A stretch of 64,000 nucleotides of DNA from Squalus acanthias. Lineage: Eukaryota. Both the position numbers and the translations under genes were made by a program. A model generated the notes under the pieces. It searched no databases and was not told the origin of the DNA. It saw only the letters and a program-made list of their open reading frames with translations. The DNA lies in assembly GCA_030390025.1 (NCBI GenBank), contig CM059432.1, positions 24,120,001 to 24,184,000 of the forward strand. Reading direction: 5' to 3'. Shown here piece by piece: positions 56,144 through 64,000 of this stretch. Each line of letters begins with the position of its first letter. Position 1 is the first letter of the stretch.

Positions 56144-59100
56144 CATGGTCACCATTATTGATACTAGCTTTTTATTCCAGAATTATTTAATTAACTGAAG
56201 CTAGTATCAGTAATGGTGACCATGAAACTATCGGATTGTCGTGAAAACCCATCTGGTTCACTAATGTCCTTTAGGGAAGGAAATCTGCCGTCCTTCCTCT
56301 GGCCTGGCCTATATGTGACTCCAGACCCACAGCAATGTGGTTGACTCTTATCTGCCCTCTGAAATGGCCTAACAAGCCACTCAGTTGTAACAAACCACCA
56401 CGAAACACAATATTAAGAATAAAACCGGACGGACCACCCGGCATCGAACTTGGCACCGGCTACGGACATGGCAATGGCACACCCCAGCCCATTCGACCCT
56501 GCAAAGTTCTCCTCACCAACATCTGGGGACTTGTGCCAAAATTGGGAGAGCTGTCCCACAGACTAGTCAAGCAACAGCCTGAAATACTCATACTCACAGA
56601 ACCATACCTATCAGCCAATGTCCCAAACTCCTCCATCACCATCCCTGGGTATGTGCTGTCTCACCGGCCAGACAGACCCACCAGGGGTGGTGGCACAGTG
56701 GTATACAGTCGGGAAGGAGTGACCCTGGGAGTCCTCAACATTGACTCTGGACCCCATGAAGTCTCATGGCTTCAGGTCAAGCATGGGTAAGGAAACCTCC
56801 TGCTGATTACCATGTACCGCCCTCCCTCAGCTGATGAACCAGTAGTCCTCCATGTTGAACACCACTTGGAAGAAGCACTGAGAGTAGCAAGGGCACAGAA
56901 TGTACTCTGGGTGGGGGACTTCAATGTCCATCACCAAGAGTAGCTCGGTAGCACCACTGCTGGCCGAGTCCTGAAGGACATAGCTGCCAGTCTAGGCCTG
57001 TGACAGGTGATGAGAGAACCAACACGAGAGAAAAACCTACTTGACCTCGTCCTGTTGCAGATGCATCTGTCCATGACAGTATTGGTAGCAGTGACCACCG
57101 CAAAGTCATTGTGGAGACAAAGTCCCATCTTCACACTGAGGATATCCTCCATCGTGTTGTGTGGCACTACCACCATGCTAAATGGGATAGATTCAGAACA
57201 GATGAAGCAGCTCAAAACTGGGCATCCATGAGGTGCTGTGGGGCAGCAGCAGAATTGTATTTCACCACAATCTGTAACCTCATGGCCTGGCATATCACTC
57301 ACTCTACCATTACCACCAAGCCAGGGGACCAATCCTGGTTCAATAAGGAGTGTAGAAGAGCATGCCGGGAGCAGCACCAGGTGTACCTAAAAATAAGTTG
57401 CCAACCTGGGCAAGCTGCAACAAAGGACCACATGCTTGCTAAAAAGCAGAAGCAGCATGCCATAGACAGGGTTAAGCGATCCCACAATCAACAAATCAGA
57501 TCAAAGCTCTGCAGTCCTGCCACATCCAGTCGTGAATGGTGGTGGACCATTAAACAACTAAAGGGAGGAGGAGGCTCCATGAATATCCCCATCCTCAATG
57601 ATGGTGGAGCCCAGCACATGAGTGCAAAAGACAAGGCTGAAGTGTTTGCAACCATCTTCAGCCAGAAGTGCCGAGTGGATGATCCCTAACGGCCTCCTCC
57701 TGAGGCCCCCACCACCACAGAAGCCAATCTTCAGCCAATTCGATTCACTCCACGTGATATCAAGAAACGGCTGAGTGCACTGGATACAGCAAAGGCTATG
57801 GGCCCTGACAACATCCTGTCGTGCTGAAGACTTTTGCTCCAAAACTAGCCGCGCCTCTAGCCAAGCTGTTCCAGTACAGCTACAACACTGGCATCTATCT
57901 GACAATGTGGAAAACTGCCCAGATATGTCCTGTCCACAAAAAGCAGGACAAATCCAATCCGGCCAATTACTGCCCCATCGGTCTACTCTCAACCATCAGC
58001 AAAGTGAAGATTGACTGTAGCCTGATGGGGCAGTAAGTAGCTATCAAGCGGCACTTACTCACCAATAACCTGCTCACTGATGACCAGTTTGGGTTCCGCC
58101 AGGACCACTCTGCTCCAGACCTCATTACAGCCTTGGTCCAAACCTGAACAAATGTGATGAATTCCAGAGGTGAGGTGAGAGTGACTGCCCTTGACATCAA
58201 GGCAGCATTTGATTGAGTGTGGCATCAAGGAGCCCTAGTAAAACTGAAGTTGGGGGGAAAACTCCCCACTGGCTGGAGTCAAACCTAGGACATCGCTGCA
58301 GGAGTTCCTCAGGGCAGTGTCCTAGGCCCAACCATCATCAGCTGCTTAGCAATGAACTTCCCTACAACATAAGGTCAGAAATGGGGATGTTTGCTGATGA
58401 CTGCACAGTGTTCAGCGCCATTGACAACTCCTCAGATAATGAAGCAGTCCATGCCTGCATGCAACAAGAACTGGATGACGTTCAGGCTTTGGCTGAAATG
58501 TGGCAGGTAACATTCGCGCCACACAAGTGCCAGGCAATGACTATCTCTAACAAGTGAGAGTCTAACCACCGCCCATTGACATTCAACAGCATTACCATCG
58601 CCGAATCCCCCACCATCAACATCCTGGGGGTCACCATTGACCAGAAACTTAACTGGACCAGCCACATAAATACTGTGGCAACAAGAGCAGGTCATGGCTA
58701 GGTATTCTGCATCGAGTGTCTCACCTCCTGACTCCCCAAAGCCTTTCCACCATCTACAAGACCCGAGTCAGAAGTGTGATGGAATACTCTCCACTTGCCT
58801 GGATGAGTGCAGCTCCAACAGCACTCAAGAAGCTCAACACCATCCAGGGCACAGCAGCCCACTTGATTGGCACCCCATCCACCACCTTAAACATTCACTC
58901 CCTTCACCACCGGCGTACCATGGCTGCAGTGTGTACCATCTACAAGATGCACTGCAGCAACTCGCCAAGGCTTCTCTGGCAGCACCTCCCAAAAGACCTC
59001 TTCCACCTAGAAGGACAAGGGCAGCAGGTGCATGGGAACACCGCCACCTCCAAGTTCCCCTCCAAGTCACACACCATCCTGACTTGGAAATATATCACCG

Positions 59101-59295
59101 TTCCTTTGTCATCGCTGGGTCAAAATCCTGGAACTCCCTCCCTAACTGCACTGTGGTTATACCTTCACCACACAGACTGCAGAGGTTTCCAGAAGGTGGC
59201 TCACCACCACCTTCTCAAGGGCATTTAGGGATGGGTAATAAATGCTGGTCTTGCCAGCGACGCCCACATCCCATAAAAATGAATAGAAAAAAAAA
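56144..59295 (+). mobile_element. CR1-Zenon-like LINE, near full length, with short 5' inversion
   Basis: LTNIWGL, ILTEPYL, VGDFNVHH, SSDH, ALDIKAAFD, FADDCT, VMEYSPLAW, HHHLLKGI*; A-tail; 5' UTR matches 3660-3870. Confidence 0.9.
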
Positions 59296-59804
59296 TTGAG
59301 AGGAATGCACTCGATGTTTTTTTTTTCCTTTCACTGTTCTCTTGTGGTAATACATTCAGCCTACTGTCTGCAAACTGTGATGCTGCATTAGAATATGGAA
59401 GTGAAAAGGTGACTGATGCTATAAAAGGACTCCGCAGTCATGAGTGAATTGAGCAAATTGCAACTTCAGGAAAGCGACATCAGCTCATGTAGATGCCTTT
59501 AATTAAAACAGAGAAATACATAATGCAAAATTTTGCTGATAGACTGTTACAAGACAGGCATTTTAAAATTAATGTTGCCGTCTCAAGCATTATGCTGTGT
59601 TGTACAGTGACTTTGTACATCAGAACAAGGAACAGATATCAACAGTATTTAAATCCTGGGGTTTGTGTTTACAAGATGATTGAAAATCTGAATGGAGACC
59701 TCAAAGTTCCATTTACTTCCCCCTTTTCTTGGCTTTTCAGCTGTTTCAAGGAGGGATTGTTTCTTGGGACTGACAGCAGCGAGACAAGGCAGTTGCCCTA
59801 AAAA

Positions 59805-60513
59805 TGAAGACTTGCACTACCTCAGGTATAGCGTCTTGCACGATCTCAGGTCGTCACAAAGTGCTTTACAGCTAATGAAGTACTTTTGAAGTGTATTCAC
59901 TGTTGTAGTGTAGGAAACGTGGCATCCAACTTGCGCACAGCAAGGTCCCTCAAATAGCAATGAGATAATGACCAAATTTGCTTCAGTGATTTTAGTTGAG
60001 GGATAAGTATTGGCCAGGACATCGGGGAGAACTCCCCTGCTCTTCTTCTAAATAAAAAAGAAAGAAAGACTTGCATTTCTATAGCGCCTTTCATGACCAC
60101 CGGATGTCTCAAAGCGCTTTACAGCCAATGAAGTATTTTTGGAGTGTAGTCACTCTTGTAATATGGGAAACGCAGCAGCCAATTTGCGCACAGCAAGCTC
60201 CCATAAACAGCAATGTGATAATGACCAGATAATCTGTTTTTGTTATATTGATCGAGGGATAAATATTGGCCAGGACACCGGGGGTAACTCCCCTGCTCAT
60301 CTTCAAAATAGTGCCATGGGATCTTTTATGTCCACCTGAGAGAGAAGACGCGGCCTTGGTTTAACGTCTCATCTGAAAGACGGCACCTCCAGCAGTGCTG
60401 TGCTCCCTTAGTACTGCACTGGAATATCAGCCTGGACTACATGCTCAAGTTTCTGGAGTGGGACTTGAACCCACAACCTTCCAACTCAGAGGTGCGAGTG
60501 CTACCACTGAGCC
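59805..60513 (-). mobile_element. Two tandem Deu-domain SINEs (partial 59805-60054; near complete 60057-60513)
   Basis: Both match the SINE family; the second includes the tRNA head. Confidence 0.85.
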
Positions 60514-60639
60514 TTAAAATTACACCGTGAGATAAAACATACAAGCGCCTAACAGGCTCATCTGAAATTCCTCTCTCTACTATTTTAAAGGAGGAGCTAA
60601 TCCATTTAATTTAAGAGCATTATCAACACTACTAAAATA

Positions 60640-61679
60640 GTAGAAACATAGAAACATAGAAGATAGGAGCAGGAGTAGGCCATTTGGCCCCGTGAGCCTC
60701 CTCTGCCATTTAATGAGATCATGGCTGATCATCCAAACTCAGTACCCTGTCCCTGCTTTCTCCCCATATCCCTTGATTCCTTTAGCCTTAAGAAATATAT
60801 CTAACTCCTTCTTGAATATATTTAATGAGTTAGCCTCTACTGCCTTCTGTGGTAGAGAATTCCACAGGTTCACCACTCTCTGGGTGAAGAAATTCCTCCT
60901 CATCTCAGTCCTAAATGGCTTACCCCTTATCCTTAGACTGTGACCCCTGGTTCTGGACTCCCCGGCAATCGGGAACATCCTTCCTGCATCTAGTCTGTCT
61001 AGTCCTGTTAGAATTTTATAAGTTTCAATGAGATCCCCTCTCATTCTTCTAAACTCTAGCGAATACAAGCCCAATCGTCCCAATCTCTCTTCATACGTCA
61101 TTCATGCCATCCCAGGTATCAGTCTGGTGAATCTTCGCTGCACTCCCTCCATGGCAAGAACATCCTTCCTCAGATAAGGCGACCAAAACTGCACACAATA
61201 CTCAAGGTGTGGTCTCACCAAAGCCCTGTACAACTGTAGCACAACATCCTTGCTCCTGTACTCGAATCCTCTCGCTATGAAGGCCAACATACCATTTGCC
61301 TTCTTAACCGCCTGCTGCACCTGCATGCTTACCTTTAACGACTGGTGCACAAGGACTCCCAGGTCTCGTTGCACTTCCCCTTTTCCCAATCTATTGCCGT
61401 TCAGATAATAATCTGCCTTCCTGTTTTTGCCACCAAAGTGGATAACCTTGCATTTATCCACATTATACTGCATCTGCCATGCATCTGCCCAATCACCCAA
61501 CTTGTGCAAATCATACTGGAGTTTCTCTGCATCCTCCTCACAACACACACACCCACCCAGCTTTGTGTCGTCTGCAAACTTGGAGATATTACATCTAGTT
61601 CCCTTGTCTAGATCATTAATATATATTGTGGATAACTGGGGTCCTAGCACTGATCCCTGCGGTACCCCACTAGTCACAG
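60640..61679 (-). mobile_element. Young CR1 (HER1-like) 3' kilobase
   Basis: SGVPQGSVLGP, KFADDTK through GEKAGTGY* with a single in-frame stop at 61102; (TTCTATGT)n tail shared with HE1. Confidence 0.92.
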
Positions 61680-61789
61680 GGATATCAAGTGGGTTAAACT
61701 TCTTTTTGCTAGAATGCTGTGGTGTCATTTCAGGACCAGTAAATCAGAAGGCTATATCACCATGGAGCTGAGCTTCTGACTGCATATCC

Positions 61790-62650
61790 TCTCTAACACA
61801 AAGACTCTCTACTTCCACCTCCGTAACATCTCCTGTCTCTGCACTGCCTCAACCAATCTGCTGCCAAAACGCTCATCCATGCGTTTGTCATCTCCAGACT
61901 TGAGTATTCCAATGCTCTCCTAGTTGGCTTCACATCCTCAACCCTTCATAATCATCAGCTCATCCAACACTCTGTTGCTTGTATCCTATCCCACACCAAG
62001 TTCCGCTCACCCTAGCACGCTCATCCTTAGTGACCTGCAATACCTCTCGGTCAGCTGTGGCTCAGTTGGTAGCACTCTCGCCTCTGAGTCAGAAGGTTGT
62101 GGGTTTAAGTCCCACTCTGGGGACTTGAGCACATAAAGCTAGGCTGACACTCCAGTGCAGTGCTGAGGGAGTGCTGCACTGTCGGAGGTGCCGTCTTTCG
62201 GATGAGATGTTAAACCGAGGCCCCGTCTGCTCTCTCAGGTGGACATAAAAGATCCAATGGCACTATTTCGAAGAAGAGCAGGTGAGTTCTTCCCTGATGT
62301 CCTGGCCAATATTTATCCCTCAACCAACATAACAAAAACAGATTATCTGGTCATTATCACATTGCTGTTTGTGGGAGCTTGCTGTGCGCAAATTGGCTGC
62401 CTCGTTTCCCACATTACAACAGTGACTCCACTTCAAAAGTACTTCCTTGGCTGTAAAGCGCTTTGGGACGTCTGGTGGTCGTGAAATGAGCTGTATAAAT
62501 GCAAGTCTTTCTTTCTTTCTTTCCCCCAATGCCTCAATTTAAAATTCTCATTCTCATGTTCAACTCCCTCTGTGGCCTGTCCCGTTCCTATCTCTGTAAT
62601 GTTTTTCAGCCCTATAACCCTCCGGGAACTATGTGTTCCTCGAACTTTGG
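61790..62650 (+). mobile_element. L2 fragment with nested full-length Deu-domain SINE (62051-62523)
   Basis: LIHAFVISRLEYSNAL before the SINE, FKILILMF after it; SINE has clear A and B boxes. Confidence 0.85.
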
Positions 62651-63499
62651 CCATAAAGTATGCTGATTATCTTACCAGTCTAAATCTTATTTGAAACCAG
62701 CCATTATATCTTACATTAGTGTTGTCTGGCTCTACGTAGTTCCTTGTTCACTCGTGCAAGTCAGCAGCTGGCATCAATACTGTACTGTATCAGACCATGA
62801 GGTACCTAACCAAAGGTTCCCGCTACTAATTTGCCTCTCTCTCTGAGCGCCTCCCTCTCCTGATCCAGTCATTGCGGATGTAGAAAATAATACCATGCAT
62901 CCGCGCAACTTCAAGTCTTTTTGAATAAAGCTGAATGACTCACTTTAAGCACTGAATATGTTTATTGGTTACCTTCTACTTACAAGTAATTACTGCTGGG
63001 GGCGGCGGGGGGGGGGTCGTCATTGAGTACGCAGGGCAGGCTCCGAGTAGAATTCCTACAGCCAAAACGTAATCCATCGCTGTTCGGCTGGAAAACCTTG
63101 GTGGTGTTGCAGTGGGACCACCGCTGTAGCTCCAGAAGGGGCATCGAGAGACCTTAAAAGGTCAGAAGAAATCTGACTATCAAGGAAGCTCCCGGCTTGT
63201 AGACCTTGGCAGAGATAGAGACATATAAAGGTAAGTGCCGGGGACTGAAATGGAAAGAGAGAAGGCCCCTATTAAGCCACCAGGGAGAGGGCCTAATAGA
63301 GGCCTCCTCTCCTTCATTACGGAATTCGGAACATTCTCGCCACTACACCGGGCCTACTGCCACCTTTGTCCAGGCAATTCCAGGTAAGAAGAGTCAACGG
63401 GAAGAAAATCTGCTGGAAACCTGGACCCCCACTCTCCCTCCCTCAACCGTCAACAATTGTAATTGGCTAAAAAAAAAGAAAGCAGAGAGTAGGGGTAAA

Positions 63500-64000
63500 G
63501 GGTAGTTATTCAGATTTGAGGGAGGTAGAAAGCGGTGTTCCACAAGGATCAGTGCTGGGACCACTGTTATTCATAATTTACATTAACGATTTGGACAAAG
63601 GAGCAATTAACTCAATATCAAAATTTGCAGGTGATACCAAACTGGGGGGTATAGCTAACACTGAGGAAGAATGCAACCTAATACATGAAGACATTAGAAA
63701 ACTTGCAGACTCGGCAGTTAAGTGGCAAATTAACATTAACATAGATAAATGTGAGGTGATGCACTTTGGTAGGAAAAATAGAAACATCATCTATACCTTA
63801 GAAAATAAGAAACTGAATGGGGTAGAAGAGCAAAGGGATCGAGGGATACAGGTGAACAAATCATTAAAAGCAGCATCGCAGGTCAGCAAAGCATTTAAAA
63901 ATGCTAACAAAGCACTGGGACTTATTTCTAGGGATATAGAATTCAAAAATAGTGAAGTTATGTTGAACTTGTATAGGAATCTGGTGAGGCCATATTTAGA
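63500..64000 (+). mobile_element. CR1 RT region running off the window end
   Basis: SGVPQGSVLGPLLFIIYINDL, KFAGDTKLG, LYRNLVRPYL. Confidence 0.9.

Noticed and set aside
62051..62125. tRNA genes at SINE heads (also near 2700-2777, 33706 and 60460)
   Set aside because: They continue into SINE bodies, and I could not fold a complete cloverleaf.
62719..63480. Possible LTR or promoter (AATAAA near 62923, G-tract, two GGTAAG donors)
   Set aside because: No TSD, terminal repeat or second copy to support a call.

Overview
Repeat-dominated, non-genic eukaryotic DNA, almost certainly from a shark or other elasmobranch (it carries HE1-type V-SINEs, Deu-domain SacSINE-type SINEs and HER1-like CR1 LINEs). 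I found no host protein-coding exon; the ORFs I could identify are all transposon-derived. Contents: CR1, L2, CR1-Zenon-like and Tx1-like LINE relics; two Penelope-like (PLE) families with minimal hammerhead-ribozyme motifs and inverted 5' ends; a 1.1-kb solo LTR; one hAT MITE; and a dense set of PIF/Harbinger elements. The Harbinger set includes a TIR-bounded 6-kb two-gene element (spliced Myb/SANT gene plus convergent DDE transposase), a second transposase-bearing element and about a dozen non-autonomous copies. The most unusual observations are: (i) a single-ORF Zenon-like LINE that begins with a tRNA-like A/B-box head and has no TTTT shared between copies on its sense strand; (ii) palindromic PLE insertions with long TSDs and CAT microhomology at the priming end; (iii) a three-copy MITE packed with hairpins, promoter motifs and splice donors. 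All coordinates were read by eye, family names come from recall of motifs, and no database search was run.
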